From Selaginella moellendorffii (Eukaryota > Plantae > Lycopodiophyta), in the NCBI RefSeq assembly GCF_000143415.4, contig NW_003314364.1, positions 124,422 to 188,421 of the forward strand: a stretch of 64,000 bases of DNA. Reading direction: 5' to 3'. Position numbers and translations under genes: made by a program. This document shows, one piece after another, positions 1 through 12,253 of the stretch. Every line of letters starts with the position of its first letter. The stretch's first letter is position 1. The notes beneath the pieces were generated by a model. The model worked only from the letters and a program-made list of their open reading frames with translations. It had not been told where the DNA came from and did no database searches.

Positions 1-2477
1 AACTTATATTTAAAGCGCGCTATAGATCACAGCTTAGGAACCTAATTCCTCCCCACTGCCAAGTCCTCTCACTTGACAAGCCTGTGATCATGCATGGACT
101 CCTCCATGCTTGGCCCCATGGCCCACCCTTTTTGAAGTTATCACCTTCAATTAGGGTATTTGTTCCCCTGACTTGCCAATCTCGCTTTGGCAAGTCCTCT
201 GACCACTGTAACATGGTTCCTGCACAAGCGTGAAAGCCCTTGATCACCGACTTTCGTTCAAAGCCCTCTCTTTGAACACTCGGGAACTTCTTCCCTAACC
301 TTGATAGCCTTGCCTCATGGCAAGCTTCAAGACCACGCTTCTGCTGCGCCACTCTGATTTCGCGCGTTCCTTGAACCATTTACGCTTGGCCTTTCTAGGT
401 ACTAAGCTACCTAGAATCATCTTTGGGAACCTTGAAGGAACTCTGTCCCTTAGCTTGCTAAAGCCTCCCTTTTTGCAAGCTTTCCAATTACTATATAGTC
501 TAACATGGACAATTCCATGTTTTAGACTCTCCATGGCATCACGGTTGCTAGCGGCAACACCCTCGAGCCCCCACTTCATTCTCCACTCCCAGTTGGCATA
601 ACCAACCTTGGTTATGCCCTTCGATTCCTATGGTTCGGTTCTATCCCCTTACTTCTTGCTTTTGGCTTCACATCTTTCCTTCAGTCATTCTCCTCTAGAC
701 TAGGAGGATAGCTTTGCACTTTCTATCATGCCTTAGCAAGTATTTTTAAGGATGAACCTACCCAATAGCCCAGGGACTGGTTCCTCAATCCGGGTATGCT
801 CACCTTATAATCCCACACACTGGGATTACATTGTTGCTTATGGGCCTTTACATGCCCATCACTAGCCTTGCCAAAATTCCATTTTTTGGCTTTGTCCAAC
901 TCGGGTAGACAGTCTTCTTCTGTCTCCGCAACCTTGGACATTTGGATAGCACCTTCTATCCATCATTTGTTAGGGACTTAGTCCCTTGGGCTTCATCCAT
1001 TGCCCTCGCGATATCAAACACCACCTTCTGGTGTTCTAGAGTGTTCGGGTGTCTCAATGATGGCTTTCTTGACAATGAGTATTTCCTTTTATGACATTGA
1101 CTTACTATATCGCAACATAAGCAACTTATCCCCCGTAAGGGTATATCCAACTTCCCTATGCTATTAAGAAGTCTTAGGTAGCTATCTTCTACCCGTTTAA
1201 CCAGTTATTTTGCACCTCTTGCTTAGTTGCGTTATAGTTGTCAAGTCCTACAACTCATTGCTTGGTGCTTCCACACCTCCATCATTATTTGGGTCACCAC
1301 ACTCCAATTGCATGCTCTGCAGCTTAGGCTATGCCATTCCCATTTCCATTGGGATTCCTTTGGCAAGGGGTTCTCATGAACCCACCAACATAGCCTCAAG
1401 GTATCACACCTTGGCACATTTGGTGTCTCCACACCATCGGCTCCACGAGCCTACCTCTATGACACTTCCCCTTTGTGTCTACGTCTTTGCCAAGACCAAC
1501 ACCGCTCTTTCTCATGCTAACCATCCGTTAGCACTGCACCATAGATGTCACACACAACTTTGTGTCAAAGTTGTTTTCTTCTGGGAACACCTTTCCCATA
1601 ACTTTGGTATGACACATTTTGCCATCGATGAGATACCCTCTATTCTCATCCTTGGATCCTATGATCCCCCCCCATCCTTCATGGGGTACAACACACCTCA
1701 GTCCAAATGCTTCCATCAGTCCTTTAGGACCATTCCTTGACTCTTCTTGAGTCATCCAGCAGTTTTGGACTTGGTTAATCCACAGACCCGTAAGGTCCTA
1801 CTTGTGAGGCACTAGCTCACTGGAATTCACTTCTTGCATTCATGTCCTACTCACAAGGACTATTTTCACAAGTGTTACTCTGACACTTGATTTTGTTCTC
1901 TGGGGGCAACCTCTGCCCCTTAGGACTACTTGTCCATGTAATGAGAATACCAACTCATCTTTAGGTACACCTCCCAACTCTTGGGTTGTTCCAGCATTTA
2001 TTAAAGGTAGCCCCGGCTACCATTTCAAGGACTTGAGTCCTCTTCCGTATTTGACCTCCCACGGTCATTACCTCTGGTCTCACATTCATGAGCACCAACC
2101 TCAACTATATGAGGATAATCTTGTGACTCCTTTATTTTTTTTGGAGTCTACATCTTTCCCGTGATCCCAACTATAGTTGTTTATCACAACTACGTTAGCC
2201 CGTTTGCTGCGTCAAACGTTCATTTGGATCACATCCTCAGCTCTCCTAGGAGACCTTATATTGTTCCCAAGATCCCAAAGTCGTTCCATTATTGGCCCTT
2301 TTCTATCCACCACATTGTGCCCAAGTTCACGCATGAACTTGAGTGGAGAGCCATGTCCTCTCGACATGCTGCTCCTCCAGGATAGGCCCACTCCTAGGAC
2401 CTTTCGATGCCAACATCAATGGTGATATACTTGAGCACCAATAAAAGTCGGACTAAGGAACAGCTCCAATACCAAAT
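1..2477 (-). mobile_element. Degenerate internal region of an LTR retrotransposon (family 'LTR-A'), running off the left edge
   Basis: Follows the LTR at 2478-4474 on the minus strand via a PBS; no intact ORF. Confidence 0.6.
2463..2474 (-). promoter_or_regulatory. Primer-binding site (tRNA-iMet-like), degenerate
   Basis: Minus strand TGGTATTGGAGC vs canonical TGGTATCAGAGC, 3 bp from the LTR end. Confidence 0.65.
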
Positions 2478-4474
2478 TGTGAGCGACTAATTTTTCCATT
2501 TTACTTTAGTCACTTAACCACACCTCCGACCACTTGGAGGAGTCTCATTCACAACCTCCACAAGTCCCAGTTAGGACTTGGGGCTTGCTAGCCCCGAGAA
2601 TGGCATCCATACCACTCAACCTTTGCACTTGGTCTAAGTGCTCCACGTGTCCGATCCCATGATCGACACCCGAAGGTATCACCGACATATCGGCCCGTTA
2701 CGCTGAGGCCATACCTATTCACCTTGGTCACGCTGGTGGTCCAACACCACCTACATTGCAATCCTGTCTCTCATAGACTAGGCCATCCATCCATGAGGGA
2801 TCATCCCAGATCCACTCCTTAGCATCCTTAGGATGCTCGCAGACTTAGGGAATAACCTTCCCCAATATCTCTTTTCCGGTCCCCACCAAGTCCCTCTTTG
2901 TCGATGGCCATGTTCACCAACACTGCCACTGGATCAAGGCCTGCAGGCCCGACCTCTAAGTCCAACTGTCCTCTGGGACTTCCTCACTGGGTGACCGTGT
3001 CCTTTGTCACCACACCAGAGGGCTACTCCTCTTCCTTTCCACAACCTGGGACTTTGGGACCACATTTCGGAACACCGTGGCCTTACGCGAGCCACCTGGG
3101 TACTCTCCCCACCTTTTGCCTTTAGGTGCTCTAGCCATGGGCTTAGAGCGAGGTTCCATTGAGCCACGCCTGGTATCCAAGTAGGTAGTGCCACCCACAC
3201 TTGGACTAGGAGCATCGGCCAGTCGATCTCCCAGGGGAACTAGAGCCGGCTCTTGAACACTTCACCAAGCTACCCCGCTTGTCGGTTCGTATTCACTCTA
3301 GTCTTGGACTTCCCAGTGGGCAGCTCATCACCCAACACTGGGTCTGGCCTTCCTGGGCCAAACTGGCCTTTCCTGGCCAAACTGGCTCCACTGCAGACCT
3401 CCCCCTACTATACTTTTGGAGCTCACCAAACCCCCCAGGGTCTGGGAGACGAACGCTTTGGGCTTTCACCCTCTCAGACTCGAACTCGGACTCGAACTCG
3501 GACTCGGACTCGGACTCGGCCTCTGCCTCGGCCTCGGTCTCGGTCTCGGTCCCGATCTCGATCTCGGTCTCGGTCTCAGTCCCGATCTCGGTCTCGGTCT
3601 CGACTTCGGACTCCATCTCGGGTCCATCTCGGAGTCCATCTCGGGTCCCATCTCGGACTCCATCTCGGACTCCATCTCGGGTCCATCTCGGACTCCATCT
3701 CGGACTCCATCTCGGGTCCATCTCGGACTCCATCTCGGACTCCATCTCGGGTCCATCTCGGACTCCATCTCGGGTCCCATCTCGGACTCCATCTCGGACT
3801 CCATCTCGAGTCCATCTCGGACTCCATCTCGGGTCCCATCTCGGACTCCATCTCGGACTCCATCTCAGGTCCATCTCGGACTCCATCTCGGGTCCATCTC
3901 GGACTCCATCTCAAACTCCATCTCGGGTCCATCTCGGACTCCATCTCGGACTCCACTTCGGACTCCAACTCGAGTCCATCTCGGACCCTTCATCGTGTCT
4001 TGTGTTGGCCCTTTTTGGAGCCTCGCTTATTGCTCGCTTCGTGCTCGTTCCTCGAGCACTTTGTTGGGAGTTCCACTCCTGCTCTTGACTTTTCAAATCG
4101 GAGCTTTTGGTCCAAACGTGTTACCACTCCTTTGGCTCTCGCTTCGGCCNNNNNNNNNNNNNNNNNNNNNNNNNNNNNNNNNNNNNNNNNNNNNNNNNNN
4201 NNNNNNNNNNNNNNNNNNNNNNNNNNNNNNNNNNNNNNNNNNNNNNNNNNNNNNNNNNNNACGTGTCATGTGTTGGCCCTTTTTGGAGCCTCGCTTATTG
4301 CTCGCTTCGTGCTCGTTCCTCGAGCACTTTGTTGGGAGTTCCACTCCTGCTCTTGACTTTTCAAATCGGAGCTTTTGGTCCAAACGTGTTACACTCCTTT
4401 GGCTCTCGCTTCGGCCACTACCACGTGGCGCCCTTCCGGCTCCACTTTGGGGCCTAGGGATTTTGTGTCTCACA
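2478..4474 (-). mobile_element. 5' LTR of the LTR-A element, with an internal CTCGGA/GGACTCCATCTC tandem array and an N gap
   Basis: TG...CA termini; same sequence family as the solo LTRs at 14388-16102 and 32747-34462; abuts LINE sequence at 4475. Confidence 0.85.
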
Positions 4475-4936
4475 CTCGATGGGCGATATGGCGAGCGACG
4501 GGAGTCCAAGCCCTTTGGGAAGCACGCAACCGGGCACATTTCGAAGGGACACAGGTCGGAGTATCACAGGTACTGGCAGAGTGGTGGAGACTTACACTGG
4601 CGGCAATACGGCTTCACCATGCTATCCTCCGGGACAGGGGGAAGCTCGAGAGGCTCGAGGAGTGGCAAAAAGCATGGCTGCCATGTTTTGGTAGAGGAGA
4701 TCACAAGGAGGTTCGTTGGAGATGGCGCCCCCCGGAGTCGATCTTGCGGTCAGCACGAAGGGGGGATATGGATCTGGACGTGATACGACGGAGACGACCG
4801 CAGCCGCTTCTACTGCAGGCCTAGTCTCACTTTAGATGAGGGAGATCACCACTAGGTAGCATGAGCTTTGGGCAGCATGCCCAGTTTTTGTATTAGTCCC
4901 TACGGGACATTGGGGAATGTACATACACGTTTCATC
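4475..4936 (+). mobile_element. LINE 3' fragment (end of ORF2 plus 3' UTR)
   Basis: Near-identical to ~29152-29613 and ~6692-7153 (ATGVQALWEARNR... peptide). Confidence 0.85.
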
Positions 4937-6049
4937 AAGGTGACCAAGTGGGAAAAGCACCTTAGGGAAATAAGCTATGTCATTGCAATGGCATAGTGTG
5001 TCCAAGGAAAGTAGTCTCTAAAGAGACCCATGAAAGGGTCACAAAGTTGGGCTGAGGATAGAGCCCACAGCAGAAGATGCTAAAGAGACTTACTAGGGGT
5101 GAACACCCTAGTATTGGCAAAGCAGAGCCTTTGCTATGGAATCAAAAGAATACCTCAAGGAGGGAGGTAGAGATTTGGTGTTGCTTGGTGCAACAATCAA
5201 CGGATAGGACCAAAAGATGAGTGGCCAAGATAGGGCCGTGGAATTCCTTGGAAGGAATCCAAGTGACAAAGTTAGGCGAGGAACACTAATGTGTTGGACG
5301 CTAACAAATTGTGGGAAAGGAAGTGTGTTTCCAAGGATGGATTCCGAATTGCTCCGATTTGGCGAAAGTGGAAGCTCCAAGGGAGGGAGCGGTAAGGTAG
5401 CCAAATGATAGGGCGATGGACAACCCTAGCACAAAGTGTGATAAATGGAACTTAATGCCCAAGGTGGCACGAAATAGAAGAGAGGATGATGGTGCCCTCA
5501 AGTAATGAACTTCCTAGGATAGGGAAGTGGAGTTGCACAATCTGTGCAATGCAAGGTGTTGGAGACACCTAGGAAATTGACTTCCAAAAGTCAAAAGAGT
5601 AAAAGTTCCAAGGTGCAAACATTCAATACATGGAAATTGAGACTACTCGAGAAGGAGCAGTGGGATTGACTTAGAGAAGGGTTTCTAAGAGGTTTAGCGA
5701 GAACTAAACCAATAAAAGGAGAGAACCACTACATGTGGTCCAAACAGCCTCTAAGTTGGAGAGACTACCCTCCTTAGAGGATGGGCAACGCATGGTGAGC
5801 CTTTGGTGTCAAACCATTGACGAATATGCAGAAGGCATGGTGAGCCTTCAATGTCAGACCATTGACAAATATTGGCTAGGTGCCAAGGATGGAAATGGTA
5901 ACACATGAGGGTGTTACTTTATAAAATGGTTTACCGTTTGATGAGGACATCGAACTTCGTCTATGGGTGGTGGAGTTGTGAGACACAAAATCCCTAGGCC
6001 CCAAAGTGAAGCCGGAAGGGTGCCACCTGGTAGTGGCCGAAGCGAAAGC
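4937..6049 (+). mobile_element. LTR-A 3' internal fragment, PPT and the first ~70 bp of an LTR
   Basis: CTATGGGTGGTGGAGT directly precedes TGTGAGACACAAAATCCC (LTR start 5977), then breaks into LINE sequence. Confidence 0.65.
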
Positions 6050-7178
6050 CAGACCTGCTGGAGGGCGATGGATCACTGATATGGTGGCGACAGCAGCTAC
6101 TAGAAGATCTAGACTGGGACCCTGCTGCATGGCGACGAGGGACAGGAAGCTTTTTCTCCTATGCAGTCAAGGAAGCGCGGAATGGACTGCTGACATCACG
6201 AGAGGAGGCGAGAGAGGAGATTCCAAAGCTGTGGCAGAAATGGATAGCACAGGGGGTCGGCGCGGAGCAAGTGGTGGACAACACGATTCACTTCTGGAAG
6301 TTGCCCGTGCAGGAAAAAGTGAAAGTCACCTCGTGGTTGGTAGCGAACAATGGACTTCCGGTTGGACAGCGATTCCAGGACGACGCGAGTCGCAGGTGCA
6401 GGGAGTGTGACAAAATCGAGACAGTCAAGCATGCACTGTGGGAGTGTGACCACTGCAAAGGAGGTGTGGCGCCAGATTATCAACGGCAGGGAAGGAGTTG
6501 GGCGTGACACAGGATTTCGAGGCCCGCAGTGGTGGATGTGCTTCACTGGTTTGAGGAAGCGAGGGGCCCAGCCCAGGGCCCAGCCCTACGACACATCAAG
6601 TGCAGAGGACGACACGGCTTGGGGATTCAGGTCCGGTGGGACACGACCGGGGCAGAGGTAGGAGTCCCAGTGTGGGAGGCGCTTGGACATGCTCGATGGG
6701 GGATATGGTGTGCGACGGGAGTCCAGGCCCTTTGGGAAGCACGTAACCGGGCGCACTTCAAAGGGACACAGGTCAGAGTATCACAGGTACTGGCAGAGTG
6801 GTGGAGACTTACACTGGTGGCAATACGGCTTCACCATGCTACCCTCTGGGACAGGGGGAAGCTCGAGAGGCTTGAGGAGTGGCAGAAAGCATGGCTGCCA
6901 TGTTTTGGTAGAGGAGATCACAAGGATGTTCGTTGGAGATGGTGCCCCCCGGAGTCGATCTTGTGGTCAGCACGAAGGGGGGACGTGGATCTGGATGTGA
7001 TATGACAGAGACGACTGCAGCTGCTTCTACTGTAGGCCTAGTCTCACTTTAGATGAGGGAGATCACCACTAGGTAGCATGAGCTTCGGGCAGCATGCCCA
7101 GTTTTTGTATTAGTCCCTACGGGACATTGGGGAATGTACATACACGTTTCATCGACCCAGGGACCTAATAAAAAAAAT
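6050..7178 (+). mobile_element. 5'-truncated LINE (C-terminal Zn-finger region, 3' UTR, AATAAAAAAAA tail)
   Basis: Matches ~28513-29615; CRECDKIETVKHALWEC motif; A-tract ending at 7178. Confidence 0.85.
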
Positions 7179-7498
7179 GATTGGCTTGTTAGGGCGTGGA
7201 GGAGCACAGCTTCTAGCACCATGGCTTCCGTGATCGGAGGCGCGGCCAGAGGAGGGAGAGCGCAAAGTGGAGAGCGCCCAATCTCCCCACACTTGCTACC
7301 GACAGCGGGGGCATCTGCTGTGAGATTCAGGTAAGAATCACTCCAGAATCTCTCTGTTTTTTCTTTTACACTGCTGTGTCCAGGATGGAACGTCATCCAG
7401 CACCCAGCAACAGTGGAGGACGAGCCAAGCCTCAGCCATTCACACTTGGAAAGGGCACTCGAGGCCGCGGCCTCAGTATTTGACTGCCCCAGGGAGGG

Positions 7499-10400
7499 AT
7501 GCTGAAGGGAAGAGCTGCCAACAGCAAAACCCCAATCACTGGCAAGAGGACATCGCTGGGCTCTCTAGGGGACAGTGAGAAGCTAGGTCCAAGTGGCACG
7601 GCAGGAAGCAGTGAGCACACAATCAGTGATCAAACAGGCTCGAGGCAGAAATCACACCACACGGACAGTGACTACCTTGCAGAGTGCGCAGCCATAGATC
7701 TTCATGAAGAAGTCGTGCAGGATACCAGGGAGATGATGATCAGGGCTCAGCACACTCATCAGCTTCTCAAAGAACTGGCAAACACACCAAAGAATACGCT
7801 GGAAAAGCTAGTCTCACTGGAACAGGACGGTGGTGCACACAGAAGTAGCTTGGCAACCAAGGAGGAGCCACCAGCACCAGATACAGTCCTTGAGCCCAGT
7901 TCAGGATGTCTTGGGAACCAACAGGAAGAAGATGAAGCAATGGACGAGGTGATCCTGCCTGGAAACACAGGGGTGGCGATGCACAAGTCACTAGAAGAGG
8001 AGCTGCGCAGGAGCAGTGACGGCGCAGGAGAGCAGAAGCCTTCAAGGGCACAAGGACCTGGGCCAAGGATGTCTCAACCAGCCTCACCACCCACGCAGCA
8101 TGGTTCCCCAGTACAACAAAGCTGTGCGCTGAACAGAGAAGTACAGGAAGTAAGTGGATTCCTAGGCTCGGGGGATCTAGCCAGTGGAAATGGACCACGG
8201 GAAGAGGTGGCCACAAGCAGAGCTCTAGACTTGAACTTCCTCACCCCCATCACTGAGTGCATGGGACGCAGAGTGGCTCTCAACGTGGGGAAGACTGCCT
8301 CTGGAAAAACCAAAGGTAGGACATGCCCTAATCCAAGTAAGAACAGGAGCGGCGTCACCACTAGGGCAGCGGCAGCAGCGATGAGGGCAGCCACGGTTGT
8401 GGAGATACCAATAGGTTGTCATGCACAAGAGTCAAGAGTGGATCCAGAAGAAGAGAAGGGCTTGGAGACGCCAAATGACCAAACGAGAGGGCACAAGGAA
8501 ACGCTAGAGGCACACAGGACCGAGGCAAAGGAGCCGGTCCAGGGGGAAGAGGTGAGCCACTGCCTCACCAAGGCGTCAAGTGAAAGCCAGGGCCAGTCCA
8601 AGAGAGGGCCACTCAGCCAGAAGTTTTCCCACAGGTGCCTCTCGGATCTGACCAACAAAGTGAAAACATCTCTACCGGGCTCTCCGGTGAAGTCGGTAGG
8701 ATCTCGACTTAAGAGCAGGACGTCTCCCAGTCATCAGCCTGACCGTGAGCCCCAGCTATCGGTGTTGCAACAATGTATGCCACACCAGACAGAAGAAGGA
8801 CTGCTGCAATGGGATCCCCGAACCTTTGCGAAGGCTTTGCGGGAGGCCACTCAGAACGAAGTTTACCTCCACCAAGACATACTCACCGCTGAAGTATGGC
8901 ACCAGGAGACTCACCCCAAGGGAGAAGACCGAAATCTTGGCCCCGCTCTCAGGGAAGCCCTCGATCTCGCGACTGAGGCACTAGTCACACCAAAAGAACA
9001 AGAGTACACAAACAGCCAGGAGGCCCAACAAACTAAAGTGCAAGAGGAAGTTACAAGCACGTGGAAGGAACAAGAGGAGCAGGAAGTGGAACAACAAAGA
9101 GACCAAGACAAGGAGATCCCGGAAGCTAGCAAAAAGGTGGAGATGCAAAAGGAGGAATCGATTCTGGGGAAAAGAGCGAAGCCTCTGGCGCTACTGCTGG
9201 AAGAACAGGAGGAGGAGATGAAGCGAATGGGACAGGAGAGGGAAAGAGAGGCCAAAAAGAACAGGATGGAGAAAAAGAAAGAACGCAAGGTGGCGCGTAG
9301 GAAGTTAAAGACCCAAAGTAGTTCAAAGGAGGCCCTCGCGTGGGAAAAAGAGGTGGAGGAGTTCCTCCACGAGGAGGAAACGTGTTCTGAGGAGGACCAA
9401 GAGCAGCAGAAGGGTAGCACAGCAAAAGAAAAAGCACAGGGAGCCTCGGCAGGACGTGGGTGGGAAAAGGTGGAGGACAAGTGTCGGACCACACCACACC
9501 AAGGCCCGGAGGACCCAGGGGAGCAAGGTGACTTGGGAGTTGAGCAAGAACAAGAAGGCTGCCCCGCACAAGGAAAGGTGGTAAAGGAAATCCCGCACAC
9601 AAAAGCCCCTAAGACGAAGCCTCACGCCGGAGAGTCAGGGAAACGTGCTGGAACAGCGCTAGATGCCAAGGGGATGGCAAAGGCAGTCAAGCTGGGCGAG
9701 GCTCTCAGCCAGGTGGTGGCGGCTAGGGAAGAAGAACTATGACATAGAGCAGTGATTGCAGTATTCAGGGGGAAGTTTCCCACTGGCCGCATGGCCATGG
9801 ACTGGCTGAATGCTACGTTGGAGCAGGGGATTACAATCAAGAACTTGCTCCCACATGGTCGTGGATGCTACACAGTGGTGTTTGAGATAGAGGAGGCGCA
9901 GGCTCGAGCAGAGGAGCTGCATGGACTCATCGATGATATCTGGGCGGTGTCCTTCCAAGGTTCACGGCAGATGACCAGGCACGGCTGAAGGGGGGAAGTG
10001 TCCCACTTAACGTGGCACTGTGGGACATCCCAATGGAGATGAGGATTAAAGAGGTGATATGAAAGCTCGTCGAGGGAAGCATCGGGCAGATCGCCTCGGG
10101 ACTAGACACCATGGATGCGGAGGGCATTTTGGGCCCTGTGAGACTTAAGGTCTTTGTCTCATCCCCAGCAGAACTCCCTACGGAGATAGCAGTCCTGGGA
10201 CAGTACGTTCGTATACAGGTGGAAAACGCAGCACCACGCTGTGGTTTGTGCCTACAGTCTGGGCACAGCGAGAATGCGTGCATGACCAAACGACCCAAGC
10301 TTGCTCCAGGACATCCCTTTGAACTCCCAGAGGCCATGGAGAAGCAATTGAAGCAGCGTCCTCCAGAGCAGGCTCCACACATCCGGTTTCCAAGTGCACC

Positions 10401-10788
10401 ACCTTTCTCGGGACCTGATTCACGGCCCAGAATGTTCGAGAGCCCGATTGCTGAAAAGGATGGAGAAGGCTTTCAGCAGGTTCTTCCTCGGACTGTGAAC
10501 ATGGCAATCAGATGGATCCCACCCAAGAGAGAATTAACAACCACAGAGGCGGGAGACTGGCTGATGTACCGAGGGCACACGGCCTTCCCAGAGGTCATCA
10601 CGCTCGGCGATTACCAGACCCGAATGGAACATGCCATCACCGAGTGGACGGGATTTTCAGAATATGCAGTGCGGGGCTTCTCCTGGACTAAGTACAGGGG
10701 GAGGCTCACTGCAGTATGGACCATCTCCTCGGAATGGAGGGCGAGGCCTAACAGCACGGTTTTCTCTTGGAAATACATTGCTCCATGA
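7499..10788 (+). pseudogene. LINE ORF1: long charged/low-complexity N-terminus, RRM-like region and zinc knuckle; internal stops
   Basis: ORFs 7499-9742, 9752-9988 and 10111-10788 are collinear; CGLCLQSGHSENAC = CX2CX4HX4C. Confidence 0.75.
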
Positions 10789-10895
10789 CTACGCTCACAG
10801 TGCTCACGTGGAACTGTCGGGGACTCAGCTCTGAGGACAGTAGACTCAACAAGAGAGTACAGCTCAAGTCCCACATCCGGGAGATTGGCTTAGAG
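10785..10895 (+). pseudogene. LINE ORF2 N-terminus (APE endonuclease start)
   Basis: ATG overlaps the ORF1 stop (ATGA); MTTLTVLTWNCRGL is the typical WNxRG APE motif. Confidence 0.85.
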
Positions 10896-10919
10896 ATGCT
10901 CTATTTCGTTAAAGTGGGA
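10896..10919 (+). repeat. TIR (transposase-3' end) of copy 1
   Basis: 23/24 inverted match to 25798-25821; same end at 51637-51660. Confidence 0.93.
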
Positions 10920-11555
10920 TTTATTCAGTAAAATGGGACTAGGTACAAATTTTCAAGTATTTGAAAATGACGTGAAATTATATGTTTTTTGTCCAGGGGC
11001 TAGACATATCTGGGGCATGGTGACTAGCGCGGTGACTTTATGTCCAGACTGAGTCCATCTGGTTGTATAATAAATCTCATTGTCAAGGTGAACAAGCCGA
11101 ATCTGAAGCTAAAGAAGAGCGATGGCATGCACGCACACACTATTTGTTTGTTCATTGAGCATGTGGTGAGCTTTCCAAGATGAACGTCATTCCTATTAGC
11201 CAGACATATAACTTAATGGTGAGAACATTTAGATATTATTCAATGTTATCTTTTTCTAACGAATCTAATTGTGAAGGTGTAGCAAGAGGCATTGCTAGTC
11301 TGGAGAAGTCATTTAACTCATTTGACCCTTAGTGTATTTTCATGAAACTAAATAACATTCATATTATTAAGGAATTTCTCTAGTACCTTTTTTTTACGAC
11401 ATAGAGGCTTGCATTTCTTTCAAAGGTGATTTAGTAAAAGGCCTAAGGGCACATGCCATTCTATTTCTCAGACCGGTATTAAGATATACTAGTGCAAAGG
11501 GAAAAAGGTATTTGGTGATCAAGTAAATGGCATGAGGGCACACGCCATTATAAGG

Positions 11556-11830
11556 CTAAGCGCTAGTGGACACCTCCTTTTTGGTACTCTCAGCGGTACT
11601 ATCATCCTTCTCCGGGTCAGTTGTTTTGCTTTGGATTGTTGTCTCTGACGTTACTGGGGCGTTCTCGATAGTTGTTAATGTTGCCGTTTGTCCAGAAAAA
11701 TGATCACCTGGAGTATAGTACGGGGAGTTTGGAAGATTTATATATTCTACATCTTCACCTATCTCCTTCTCCGTCTCCTTTTCTGCCTCACTTACAGATT
11801 TTGTGTTTGCCATGAGAACGCTCTTCACCC
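11556..11830 (-). CDS. Probable exon downstream of the transposase (Thr/Glu/Lys-rich); gene context uncertain
   Basis: Frame stays open in copy 2 (50641-51000), ending KKEVSTSA*. Confidence 0.35.
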
Positions 11831-12253
11831 TAAAATATGGAGTTCGTTGTGTTATAAAAGGAAACCAACACACACGCTTCAAGGGAATGATGGTACATAA
11901 AGCACGTAAGCCCACAATATGGGTTTATGTGCCATTAATATGGGCCACACGCCATATTATTAGATTTATGCACGTGTGATTGGTAAATGCATATGTCACA
12001 TCATCTTTGTTTTACCTCACACACTATATCAGGCCTAATGAACCATATCACATGTGCGCACATGCTATATATATGGAGAAGTATTATGCAAGGATAGAAA
12101 TTCAATGCATGATTGTGGAGAGCAATGGCATGAAGCCACATGCTAAATAACATTTTAGAGAAAGATCTTGTTATTTGTTATTTGTATTATCTCACTTAGG
12201 AATGGCGTAAGGCCACATGCCATCACGCCTCCTCTGATTCAGATTCGGATTGT

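Noticed and set aside
3993-4416. Apparent ~155-bp tandem duplication around the N run
   Set aside because: Overlapping contig ends across a gap; the other LTR-A copies have it once
3253-4783. Long ORFs in all frames (also 14343-15380, 33522-34445, 40898-41212)
   Set aside because: Products of stop-free 6/12-bp tandem repeats inside LTRs, not genes
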